Below, in pieces: positions 9,530-17,869 of a stretch of 64,000 bases of DNA. The notes beneath the pieces were generated by a model. The model saw nothing but the letters and a program-made list of their open reading frames with translations, was not told the origin of the DNA and searched no databases. The stretch comes from Vicinamibacterales bacterium (lineage in GTDB: Bacteria > Acidobacteriota > Vicinamibacteria > Vicinamibacterales > UBA2999). Both the position numbers and the translations under genes were made by a program. The stretch is from assembly GCA_030680175.1 (NCBI GenBank), contig JAUXWO010000064.1, positions 71,949 to 135,948 of the forward strand, read 5' to 3'. Position 1 is the first letter of the stretch. The number at the start of each line of letters is the position of its first letter.

Positions 9530-10246
9530 TTACGCGTAGACGACGTACGCCTCGGCCTCAGCCGTGACGTTGGTCAGGCGGATGTGCACGTTCTTCGAGG
9601 TGTTCTGCGGGATGACCCGCGACGACGCGGTCTGGTTCGCGTCGAAGCCGCCGCCGCTGCCCGCCGCCAGCGTGAGCGCCTCGTCCGCGTCCGAGCCGTT
9701 CACCACGAGGCAGCGGACGATGTCACCCACCTGGGCGCCGGGAATCGCCGCGACGAGCAGCGCGGCCGTCGGCAGCGTGTACGTGCGGCCAGCGCCGGCG
9801 CAGTCGGCCACGACGATACCGCCCAGGATCTCGGCGGCCGTGAGCGTGACCGCCCCGGCCGTCGCCTTCGAAGCCGCGGCCGGCAGCGCATCGCCCTGGA
9901 TGGCCATCGACACGCCCGGCAGCAGCAGGACCTTGCCGGTGCTCGTGGGGTTCCCCGCGGCCTCGATGCAGACGCCGATCAACCGGAAGCCGGCGGTCGG
10001 CACGTTCTCCGCGCGCTTGTCGGTGTTGTTCCAGTAGATCTTGTCGCCGGCGGCCCACACCTGGGTGCTCGTCTTCGCGAGGCTCCAGACGCCGACCGTT
10101 GCGCCCACGAAGTTCGCCGCGGCGAGCACCGTCGAGAGCGCAACGGAGAACAGGCGGCCGATGAGGACGCCCACGCCGGTGGTGACCCCGCCGGTCGGCG
10201 CGGTCAGATCGATGTTCTTGCCGGGCTGCACGAAATTGGATGCCAT
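9530..10246 (-). CDS. DUF2190-like head decoration protein with C-terminal extension
   Basis: N-terminal ~110 aa (MASNFVQPGKNIDLTAP…GVWSLAKTSTQVWAAGDKIYW) match my recall of the DUF2190 family; gene follows the capsid gene; AGGAGA SD upstream. Confidence 0.55.
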   Translation of the reverse strand: MASNFVQPGKNIDLTAPTGGVTTGVGVLIGRLFSVALSTVLAAANFVGATVGVWSLAKTSTQVWAAGDKIYWNNTDKRAENVPTAGFRLIGVCIEAAGNPTSTGKVLLLPGVSMAIQGDALPAAASKATAGAVTLTAAEILGGIVVADCAGAGRTYTLPTAALLVAAIPGAQVGDIVRCLVVNGSDADEALTLAAGSGGGFDANQTASSRVIPQNTSKNVHIRLTNVTAEAEAYVVYA

Positions 10247-10307
10247 GTCTGGTGTCTCCTGCGGCGCTTTCCGGGCCCGCCGTGGCCCTGCCTTCTGACT
10301 CCTAAAG

Positions 10308-10339
10308 GGCGGCCCGGAGGTCGCCCTCCGGGTACCGCC
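10308..10339 (-). terminator. Stem-loop after capsid gene (possible attenuator/terminator)
   Basis: GGCGG-CCCGGAGG-tcgc-CCTCCGGG-ta-CCGCC, followed on the minus strand by CTTTAGGAG (short U tract only). Confidence 0.35.
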
Positions 10340-10385
10340 CTGGCGGAGTGTCAGCGCTCTACGCGAGAGCGAAGTTGCGTCCGGC

Positions 10386-11939
10386 CTACTGGCCGGCGTT
10401 GGTGACCGCGCCGCGGTAGTCGACCACGTCGACTCCGAAGTCGAGGCGGCCCTTCATCTCCACGCCGTCCACGCGCCAGCCGTCCTGCGTCTCAAGCACC
10501 GGCTCACGCTGGCCCTCGAGGAAGCTGACCAGGAACACCGGGTGCTGGGCCGGGTCCGCGAACAGGTAGCGGCGGTTGCCGGTCAGCCGGCCCGTGCCGA
10601 CGACATCCGAGAACATGCCCTTCACGATGTTCGGCTTCTGGAGCTTGCCGGTCGTGTCGGGGTCGTACTCGGCCTCGTTGATGGCGCGCGCCGTCCCCTC
10701 GAGGCCACGCGCCACGAGCAGCACGGACGGCCGCAGGTCGAGGATGTCCTGGCCGTTCGGATCCGTCTGAATGGCCATCACCGTGGCGTCGGCGTCGAGG
10801 CCGGCCATCGTGATCGCGGAGCCCGTCGCGTTGACGTTCTTCCGGTTGGTGTGGAACAGCGGCTCGGTGTCGGCCTGCGTCGGCCCGAGGCCGCTGTTCT
10901 CCGAGAGCAGCGCGTAGACCGCGCGCTCGATGGTCAGCTTGCCGGCGCGCCCGAGGGCCTCGGTCAGACGCATCACGAAGCCGATGTCGTCATTGACGAT
11001 CACCTGGCGGGTCACGGCGATGATGTTGCCCTTCGTCGAGGCGGCGTGCGTCGCCTTCTCGGCGTCGGGAATCGCCTTGCTCTTGAACTCGCCGTGGTCG
11101 GTCAGGTCATCGAGCTGGGTGAGCGAGCCGGTGCGGTACCAGCTGTGCGCCCGGAAGTCGGACACCGAGGCAACACCACACCACCGGGACCAGGTGTCAG
11201 CCTGGATGATGTACCCGGCCCGCAGGACCTTGTGCATCACGTTCTCCAGCGCCACCGCGAAGTCGCTGGCGGTCTGGTAGTTGCTCCGGTAGGCCATCGC
11301 CTGGCCAGCCAGCGTCATGCGATCCATGCCGCGGGTGTTGACGCCGTGCCGTTCGAGGGCCTGCCGTCCGAGGTCGAGCAGCGACAGCCCACGGAACTCG
11401 CCCGGGTCCAGCTTGTCCGGGGTCGTGCCCTCGGCCTTCGCCACCGCGGCGGCCATCCCGCTCCGCTGCAGGAGCCAGTTGCCAACCCCGCGCAGCCACT
11501 TGTCGCGGGCGTCGTCGCCGGAGGTCATGATGGTGTGACGGTGGTCGATCGCCGTCGAATCGCTGCGGGTGGCGAGCTGCTCGAGCACGGCCACGCGGGT
11601 GGCCTCGATCGAGGCGCCGACCGCGATCTGTGCCTGAGCGAACTTGTCGTCCATCCCGTGCCGACGACACAGGTCGGCGACACCCGCCACGCGGGCACGC
11701 TCCTCGATCACCGCGGCTTCACGAGCCGCCGCGAGATCCGCCGGCGTGGGCACCGGGGCCGTGGCCGGCTGGTTGCCGGACTCGAGCGTCCGAATCTGGG
11801 CGTCGATGCCCTCCACCTCGGTGAGCTTCGCGGCGAACTGCGTCCGCGCCTCGTCGGTGGGAAACGCGCCGTCCTGGCGCAGTCCGTCGGCCTCACGCAG
11901 AAGCTGCGTGCGGCGCGCCCGAAGCTGTTCGATCTTCAT
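10386..11939 (-). CDS. Major capsid protein with N-terminal scaffold-like (delta) region
   Basis: Listed ORF trimmed to ATG 11939 (GGAG 13 nt upstream; the upstream 157 aa are R/S/T/W-rich junk overlapping the protease gene). 517 aa with coiled-coil N-terminus then capsid-like body; follows the prohead protease. Confidence 0.85.
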   Translation of the reverse strand: MKIEQLRARRTQLLREADGLRQDGAFPTDEARTQFAAKLTEVEGIDAQIRTLESGNQPATAPVPTPADLAAAREAAVIEERARVAGVADLCRRHGMDDKFAQAQIAVGASIEATRVAVLEQLATRSDSTAIDHRHTIMTSGDDARDKWLRGVGNWLLQRSGMAAAVAKAEGTTPDKLDPGEFRGLSLLDLGRQALERHGVNTRGMDRMTLAGQAMAYRSNYQTASDFAVALENVMHKVLRAGYIIQADTWSRWCGVASVSDFRAHSWYRTGSLTQLDDLTDHGEFKSKAIPDAEKATHAASTKGNIIAVTRQVIVNDDIGFVMRLTEALGRAGKLTIERAVYALLSENSGLGPTQADTEPLFHTNRKNVNATGSAITMAGLDADATVMAIQTDPNGQDILDLRPSVLLVARGLEGTARAINEAEYDPDTTGKLQKPNIVKGMFSDVVGTGRLTGNRRYLFADPAQHPVFLVSFLEGQREPVLETQDGWRVDGVEMKGRLDFGVDVVDYRGAVTNAGQ

Positions 11940-11967
11940 GGTTCCTGTTCTCCGGTGAAGGGGGTCG

Positions 11968-12579
11968 CTATCGTTCCAGGTCGAGGCGCCGACGCATGAG
12001 CGCCAGATCCTCATCCTGCAGGCCCGCGCGCACGACCACGACGCACGGGTTCGTTTCCACATCCTTCGAGGCGCGCACGCGCGCCCCGGCGTCGGCGCCC
12101 ATGGGCACCATCGAGATCTCGTGCGGCTCCCAGTCCACCGCCAACCGAACAGGGACCCCGCCGCGCGTCTCAGCCAGTTCCTCGAACTTGTGCACGCGGT
12201 AGCCGACCGACACGTTGCGGATGATCTTGTCGCGCACGTCCTGGTAGAACGGCTCGACGTCGGCGCGCTTCGAGAACCGGACCTCCGCCGTGCCGCGCTT
12301 GCCATCCAGCGTCGCGGTGTCCACGACGCCGATCTGGTGCGCCAGCGAGTACGCGCTGTGGCTGTCGAGCAGGGGCGCCGCGCCGGAGGCCAGCCGCTGC
12401 ATCCGGACATGCTTCGGGTCGAGGCTCAGGCGCTCATAGAACTTTCGACCGGTCTCCCAGTCAAACCGGAGGACATCCGCCCCCGTGGACCAAGTGAGCG
12501 TGACGGTTCGCGTGTCGTCATCGACCGCGCCGACATCGGCTCGCAGATCGAGGGGCGGCATGACCATCTGGCGCGACAT
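11968..12579 (-). CDS. HK97-family prohead serine protease
   Basis: 203 aa; LLDSHSAYSLAHQIG (His) and EISMVPMGADAGA (Ser) motifs; lies between portal and capsid. Confidence 0.8.
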   Translation of the reverse strand: MSRQMVMPPLDLRADVGAVDDDTRTVTLTWSTGADVLRFDWETGRKFYERLSLDPKHVRMQRLASGAAPLLDSHSAYSLAHQIGVVDTATLDGKRGTAEVRFSKRADVEPFYQDVRDKIIRNVSVGYRVHKFEELAETRGGVPVRLAVDWEPHEISMVPMGADAGARVRASKDVETNPCVVVVRAGLQDEDLALMRRRLDLER

Positions 12580-12631
12580 GCATCCAAGGTCGCAGAGATG
12601 CCGCGGATCTGTAGTTTTTGAGTACGGAAAC

Positions 12632-12847
12632 CTACCCGAGCCGACGACGGCTCAGGTGGTCACGGAGGGCCTGGCGGATGACCTCCGGGAGCGGCTGCCG
12701 CGCGCGCTGCGACACGCGGCACGCGGCATCGAACAGGTCGCGAGGGAGGCGGACACACGTCGGGACGGTCGGCGTGGCGGACCGTGGCCGGCCACCGCGG
12801 TTCGCGCGCGCACCGAACTCCGCACGGTCCTGCACGTCGTCGATCAT
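12632..12847 (-). CDS. Ribbon-helix-helix (CopG/Arc-like) DNA-binding protein
   Basis: 71 aa; C-terminal VRLPRDLFDAACRVSQRARQPLPEVIRQALRDHL has an RHH beta-alpha-alpha pattern; inserted between portal and protease. Confidence 0.45.
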   Translation of the reverse strand: MIDDVQDRAEFGARANRGGRPRSATPTVPTCVRLPRDLFDAACRVSQRARQPLPEVIRQALRDHLSRRRLG

Positions 12848-12919
12848 GCGTCGTCGCCCTTCTCGGAGTCGTCATCACCAGAGTCGTCGCCACCCGAGGC
12901 CTTCGACGGCGCCTCTTTC

Positions 12920-14413
12920 TCAGCCGGCGCCGCGCCCGTCCCCCTGCAGTTGCCCGTTCTGGTTCACCTTTCGCGGGTCGACGTCCAGCACCAGGCCCAG
13001 CTCGTCGAGCCGCTTCATGTCGGCGAGGTATTCCGCGAAGAACTCGTCGGCGTTGTAGCCGCGCTCGCGGATGACTTCGGACATCGTCTTCTGGCCGGCC
13101 CGGACCGCGCGGATGTCTGCCAGGACCTCCTCAGCCGGGTTCACCATCGGGAGCGGCGGGGCGGTCCACTCCGTCTTCGTCTGGCCTTGTTCGCCGGCGA
13201 GCTCGGCGGCCTCCATCGCCCACCGCCACGTCGGCTGCAGGAACTGGAGCACCAGGATCTGCCACTGCCACCGACGCACGCGGACCACGTGCCGCAGCCG
13301 CGACATCCGAGCCGCCGAGAAGGGCATGCCCGCGTAGTCCCCGGTCAGGTCTTCGTACGGCACCCCCAGGCCTGCGCCAATCGCCCGGAGGTTCACCTTC
13401 GAGAACGCCGGGTAGTCGGTCACACTGGGCGGATCGATCACCGTGACGTCACGGCCGGTGGGCGCATTGAGCACCATGCCTGGACCGATCACATCGAGCT
13501 GCGCATCCGTCGCGCTGTCGCCCGTGCTGTGGCCGTTCGCATCCGTCGGCTCCGCGCCGAGCCGCACCCCGTCACCATCCACGTCAGTCGTGATGACCGA
13601 CAGGCACGCGGCGACCTTCTGCTTCATAAGGGTCGCGTCGGCGAGCTCGTCGAAATCCTTGAAGGTCAGGAGCACCGGTGCGTACCAGCTCGTCCCACGT
13701 ACCTGGCCGGGCCGGCGCTTCCGGTAGATGTGCAAGATCTCACGCGCCGGCACAGACACAGAGCCGCTCATGAGGGTGCCCGCCGAGGTCAGCAACGCGC
13801 CCGGGTGTTCACGGAAGACCCAGTACGCAACCCGGCGGCCGAAGCCGTTGTACTCGACGCCCTGAATGACACGGTGGCCGTTCGACAGCCGGGTATCCTT
13901 CCCGGTGTCGAGATAGTCGGCCTCAATCACCTGGAGCTGCATGGGGAGCGCCAGACCATCTTCAATGCGACGAGGGCGCCGGCGGACCAACACTTCGCCG
14001 TCGCTCACGACGGCGCGCATGATCAGCTCCTGGAGGCCCACCAGGTCGTTCTGCCCGTCGGCGTCACAGTCCGTGCTCTCACTCCACCGGCGCCAGGCGT
14101 CATGCTTCGCGGCCGCGCGGATCCCGTCGCCCACCGTGTGGGTCGCGATCGTCTCGGCCGCGCTCTCGGCGTAGCCGTTGTTGCGGATGAGGTCACGCGC
14201 GGCGTCACGGAGACGCGCCAGGGTCATGCCCCCAGCAGCCGCGTTCGCGTCGGTCGCCGCACGACGCCAGGCCTGCGTGCGGCGGCCCGTCGACGCGCCC
14301 TCGTAGTGCCGCGCCAGCAACATCGACGCGATACGGGCACGCTGCCGCTGCAACGCCATGGGCGGCGAGACGAACCCGATCGCGCGGTCGAGCCAGGTCT
14401 GGTGGACCGCCAT
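12920..14413 (-). CDS. Portal protein, lambda (gpB) family
   Basis: 497 aa; N-terminus MAVHQTWLDRAIGFVSPPMALQRQRARIASMLLARHYEGASTGRRTQAWR is typical of lambda-type portals; follows gpW and terminase. Confidence 0.9.
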   Translation of the reverse strand: MAVHQTWLDRAIGFVSPPMALQRQRARIASMLLARHYEGASTGRRTQAWRRAATDANAAAGGMTLARLRDAARDLIRNNGYAESAAETIATHTVGDGIRAAAKHDAWRRWSESTDCDADGQNDLVGLQELIMRAVVSDGEVLVRRRPRRIEDGLALPMQLQVIEADYLDTGKDTRLSNGHRVIQGVEYNGFGRRVAYWVFREHPGALLTSAGTLMSGSVSVPAREILHIYRKRRPGQVRGTSWYAPVLLTFKDFDELADATLMKQKVAACLSVITTDVDGDGVRLGAEPTDANGHSTGDSATDAQLDVIGPGMVLNAPTGRDVTVIDPPSVTDYPAFSKVNLRAIGAGLGVPYEDLTGDYAGMPFSAARMSRLRHVVRVRRWQWQILVLQFLQPTWRWAMEAAELAGEQGQTKTEWTAPPLPMVNPAEEVLADIRAVRAGQKTMSEVIRERGYNADEFFAEYLADMKRLDELGLVLDVDPRKVNQNGQLQGDGRGAG

Positions 14414-14628
14414 CAGGCGCCCTTGTCGTAAATGGGAAAGCGGGAGGTCTGGCGAGTGGAGGTCGCCGTCGACAGCTCGCGACGGAGACGCGCCAGTTCA
14501 TCCGTCGCCGCCGCGTGATCGAAGGACGTGTCCTGTCCATCGAACGACGTCTGGCTCACGCCGGCAAACTGCGCGAGACGCTCTTCGAGTTCAGTGATGC
14601 GGGTCTGTAGTTCGGCGGCGCTGGCCAT
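14413..14628 (-). CDS. Head-tail joining protein gpW-like
   Basis: Trimmed to ATG 14628 (71 aa); pattern …ERLAQFAGVSQTSFDGQDTSFDHAAATDELARLRRELS resembles lambda gpW; 1-nt junction with the portal start. Confidence 0.6.
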   Translation of the reverse strand: MASAAELQTRITELEERLAQFAGVSQTSFDGQDTSFDHAAATDELARLRRELSTATSTRQTSRFPIYDKGA

Positions 14629-14694
14629 GGTCGCCCTCGCGGCACAGTATGCGGGCGCGTCCAGCGTCAACACAATGGCTGAGTGCCAAGAATG

Positions 14695-14922
14695 CTACGA
14701 GATGCGCCTAGCGTCGTGTCGCGCACGTTCCACGGGGAACACTCGTTGAGCCTCATCGAGCGGAATCCGCCACACCCGTCCGACCCTCACCGCGTGCAAG
14801 GCCCCGTCCTCGATCATCCGCAGGATGGTGCGTTCGTCAACCAGCAGGTAAGTCGCCAGGTCAGTGACCGTCACGAACGACACCGGGTGCGACGACAAGT
14901 CAACGAGCGGCGGGCGCTTCAT
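14695..14922 (-). CDS. Excisionase-family helix-turn-helix DNA-binding protein
   Basis: 75 aa; FVTVTDLATYLLVDERTILRMIEDGALHAVRVGRVWRI matches the HTH_17/MerR-type excisionase fold; ATGA overlap with the TerL stop. Confidence 0.55.
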   Translation of the reverse strand: MKRPPLVDLSSHPVSFVTVTDLATYLLVDERTILRMIEDGALHAVRVGRVWRIPLDEAQRVFPVERARHDARRIS

Positions 14923-16892
14923 CGGTTCCTCCGCAGCCAGTCCCGACGGGGCGGCAACCAGGACGTCTTGCGAGCAGGCCCCGTAGACGGAGGCTCACTC
15001 TTCGGCGCCGACACAACCGACGGCGCGGGGCGCTCGATGCCGAGATTCTTTTCGATCGCCACCCAGTCCCCCTCACGGAACCGGTCGAGCCCCACGAGCG
15101 CCGCAGCAGCACGCGCATACACCCGGGTGTCCAGCCAATGGTTCTCACGGCCTGGAATCACTTCCCACCCGTACACGGTGTAGCCCTTCGCGCTCCGATG
15201 CGACACGAGCTGCTCGGCGGTGAGCTGCCTGAAGTACTCTTCACCGTGCTCAGGGAAGTGGCAGAACCCGGCCGGATACGGGCGGCCCTCTGCGAGCGCC
15301 TCCGCGCCTGGCGGCTGAAGCGCCAGCCATCCATACAGCTCCGTCTTCGCAGTGTCCGTCCCGACCGGCCACGCCTTGGCGGACTTCTTGCCGGCGCGGC
15401 CATCGAAACGCACTTCCACCCGCGAGGGAACCCCGATCAACATCAGAGCCTTGGCCTTACCGAACACAGCGATCACCCGCGAGATGGGATGCTTTCGCAC
15501 CCAGCCGTGCACCACCTGCCCGTTGAACCCGCAATCGATCGCGAGCATCGCGATCGGCAACTCTGCACCGGCCTCGTGCGTAAAGGTGCGCGCGAGTAGC
15601 GCCTCGAGTTGGGCCCACGGGCCAGCGGCCAGGTCGGATGTATCCCCGGCGAGCACACCAGCGTCGATCGACCAGGAGCACTTCTCCCGGCCCCAGCCCA
15701 CGACTTCGTAGACGAGCCGGTCCTTCTGGACGTCGACGCCCGCCGTCAGGAACCGCACACCCGACGGGCACGTGCCGAGCTGGTAGGATTCGCGGCGCGC
15801 GTACAGGCGTTCCCACTCCGGCGCCTCGCCGCGGTCCTGCCACGGCTCGCCGAGGCCCGTGTTGACGAACGTCTTCAAGTGCTCGGGGCCCGCGTGCGTC
15901 GCCGCGACGAACTCCGAGCAGATCTGTCCCCAGGTCGCGTTCGGCGAAAAGCTGTAGGCCGCCCAGATGTGGAAGCTCGCGTGACCGGTGAAGGGCGGCG
16001 GCGCCGGCGCGTCTGGGAACTGCGGATGTGGACCAGGACGCCACTCACCGCCCTGCACCATCCGCCGCTTGTCGTCGTGCTCGATCTCGGCGCCGCACTC
16101 GAGGCAGACGTAGATAGCCGCCTCCGGCCGGTTCTTCGGCCACTTGAACCGCGAGAACACCAAGACCTGCATGAAGCCACAATGCGGGCAGGGCACGTAG
16201 TAGCGCCGCTGGTCGCCAGCGTTGAAGAGCTGCTCGATGCGACTCCGGCCGCCGACCGTGGGCGTGCTGCCGGCGATGATCTTCCGGTCCCAGTAGTACT
16301 CGGTGCGCCGGATGCCGAGCTGAATCTGGTCGCCCTCACTCCCCGCACTGGGCGGGTAGCCGTCGGTCTCGTCGAAGATCACCACCTTGCGGCTCACGCG
16401 GCGGAAGCCGCGCGCGCTGTTGGCGCCGACCAGCGAGAGCGACCCCCCGGGGAACCGCTTCAAGAGGATCGTGTTCTCCGAGTCGCGCGTCTTCGGCTCA
16501 GGCACCAGGTCACGGAGCGTCGGGCAGTCGCGCAACATCGGCGCGATCTCTTCCTTCGAGTAGCCGGCGGCATCCTCGATCGTCGGCTGCACCACCATGA
16601 TCGGACACGGGTCCTGGTGGATGTAGTAGCCAACGGTCGCGTTGATGCACTTCGTGTAACCGATGCGGGCGCTCTTCATCACGCTCACCTGCGTGACGAG
16701 GGGATCCGTGATCGCATCCATGATCCCGCGCTGGTAGGGCAGCGTGCGCCACCGACCGGGCTCCGCGGCGGACTCGGCCGACAGGTAGAAGTGCTCCTCG
16801 GCCCAGTCGGACAGGTTCAGGCGCGGCGGCGGCCGCCAGGCGCGCCGGGCCCGCTCGAACAGCGCCTCGCCTTCGATCGAGAGCATCGTCAT
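14919..16892 (-). CDS. terL: Terminase large subunit, lambda GpA family
   Basis: Trimmed to ATG 16892 (ATGA overlap with the small terminase stop); LSDWAEEHFYLSAESAAEPGRWRTLPYQRGIMDAITDP…VMKSARIGYTK is typical of Terminase_GpA. Confidence 0.92.
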   Translation of the reverse strand: MTMLSIEGEALFERARRAWRPPPRLNLSDWAEEHFYLSAESAAEPGRWRTLPYQRGIMDAITDPLVTQVSVMKSARIGYTKCINATVGYYIHQDPCPIMVVQPTIEDAAGYSKEEIAPMLRDCPTLRDLVPEPKTRDSENTILLKRFPGGSLSLVGANSARGFRRVSRKVVIFDETDGYPPSAGSEGDQIQLGIRRTEYYWDRKIIAGSTPTVGGRSRIEQLFNAGDQRRYYVPCPHCGFMQVLVFSRFKWPKNRPEAAIYVCLECGAEIEHDDKRRMVQGGEWRPGPHPQFPDAPAPPPFTGHASFHIWAAYSFSPNATWGQICSEFVAATHAGPEHLKTFVNTGLGEPWQDRGEAPEWERLYARRESYQLGTCPSGVRFLTAGVDVQKDRLVYEVVGWGREKCSWSIDAGVLAGDTSDLAAGPWAQLEALLARTFTHEAGAELPIAMLAIDCGFNGQVVHGWVRKHPISRVIAVFGKAKALMLIGVPSRVEVRFDGRAGKKSAKAWPVGTDTAKTELYGWLALQPPGAEALAEGRPYPAGFCHFPEHGEEYFRQLTAEQLVSHRSAKGYTVYGWEVIPGRENHWLDTRVYARAAAALVGLDRFREGDWVAIEKNLGIERPAPSVVSAPKSEPPSTGPARKTSWLPPRRDWLRRNR

Positions 16893-17491
16893 ACGGACTC
16901 GGTCTTCTCGGCGCCGCGGCCGGCCAGGTCCTCGAGGGCCTCCCGGATCAGCACGTCGAACTGGAGAACGTCGGCGTGCGTCAGGTGCGGCATGGTCGCC
17001 TTCGCCTTCCGGCTCACGGCGAGCAGCTTCGTGCGGCACTTCGAGTACTCGTCAACGATCCGCGCCTCGACTGCCCGGGCGTTCACGAGCTCGCCGGCGC
17101 GCTCCCGGTAGTCGAGCTCGGCGATGCGCGCCTTCCAGTCCTTCTCGAGAGCCGTCGCCTCACTGAGGGTGAGCGAGCGCGACACCGTATCGCCCGAAGG
17201 CGTCTCGTCATCCTGGCTGTCGGACGGTGGCACCACGTCGTCGGCCGCAGACAACGGGAGCGCCGGCGTCGAGGCTGCGCGCGCGTCGGCACGCGCCTTC
17301 ACGTAGCCAGGCGCCCGCGACAGGTCCGTGCCGGCGTCCCACTCCCGGTCGGCCACGGCCACGTCGGCGATCTTCGGGCGGCCCTTCTCGTCGCGCACGA
17401 CGCACAGCCGCAGGCGGCCGGACTGGACCGCGACCACGACCGAACTCGGCGCGACGCCTCTGTGCCTGGCGTAGGCCCGCAACGACATCAT
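16889..17491 (-). CDS. terS: Terminase small subunit (Nu1-like N-terminal HTH)
   Basis: Coupled to TerL; N-terminal MSLRAYARHRGVAPSSVVVAVQSGRL is HTH-like; start 17491 (ATG) or 17506 (GTG). Confidence 0.65.
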   Translation of the reverse strand: MMSLRAYARHRGVAPSSVVVAVQSGRLRLCVVRDEKGRPKIADVAVADREWDAGTDLSRAPGYVKARADARAASTPALPLSAADDVVPPSDSQDDETPSGDTVSRSLTLSEATALEKDWKARIAELDYRERAGELVNARAVEARIVDEYSKCRTKLLAVSRKAKATMPHLTHADVLQFDVLIREALEDLAGRGAEKTESV

Positions 17492-17508
17492 GACCAACCA
17501 CCCCACAA

Positions 17509-17535
17509 CGATCGATCTGTCGATCGATCGATCGG
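17509..17535. repeat. GATC-dense palindromic cluster upstream of terS
   Basis: cGATCGATCtgtcGATCGATCGATCgg: five GATC sites in 27 nt, in the only sizeable gap between the replication and packaging modules. Confidence 0.6.
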
Positions 17536-17629
17536 ACTCACCAACTCCACTGCCTGATCAAATTCCGGGCCTCGTCCACCCGCATGACGCCACAGTCGGC
17601 GGAGAACCTAAGCCCCCCCTCCCCCACCG

Positions 17630-17869
17630 TCACCCGTCGCGCCAGCGGCTGCGGTCGCGCGCGTACTGTCGTTCGCTCGGCAGCTCGTCGCCTCCGTCGC
17701 GGTCCAGCACCTCACGAAGCGCGGGCTGCCGCGCCTCCCCCTGCACATCACGCGTGCCCGTGCACGCAGGGTAGCGAGCACAGCCCCAGAACCGCTGACC
17801 CGTCGACGCGTTCGCGCGACGCACCATCCGGCCATCACAGAGCGGACACGTCACAGGCTCAGGCTTCAC
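17630..17869 (-). CDS. Topoisomerase-type C4 zinc-finger protein
   Basis: 79 aa; CPLCDGRMVRR…GQRFWGCARYPACTGTR matches the zf-C4_Topoisom pattern; ATGA overlap with the DnaB stop. Confidence 0.6.
   Translation of the reverse strand: MKPEPVTCPLCDGRMVRRANASTGQRFWGCARYPACTGTRDVQGEARQPALREVLDRDGGDELPSERQYARDRSRWRDG

Noticed and set aside
10386-12410. N-terminal extensions of listed longest ORFs: capsid 10386..12410, TerL 14919..17039, initiator 19188..20483, ParB-like 22150..24021, CII-like 26412..27401, 26912..27562, rhodanese-MT 39767..41116, PhoX-like 45949..48702, peptidase 61426..63108 and others
   Set aside because: The upstream portions are R/S/T/W-rich junk overlapping the preceding real gene. 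Internal ATG/GTG starts with SD sequences or ATGA/GTGA coupling give products that begin at family-typical N-termini.
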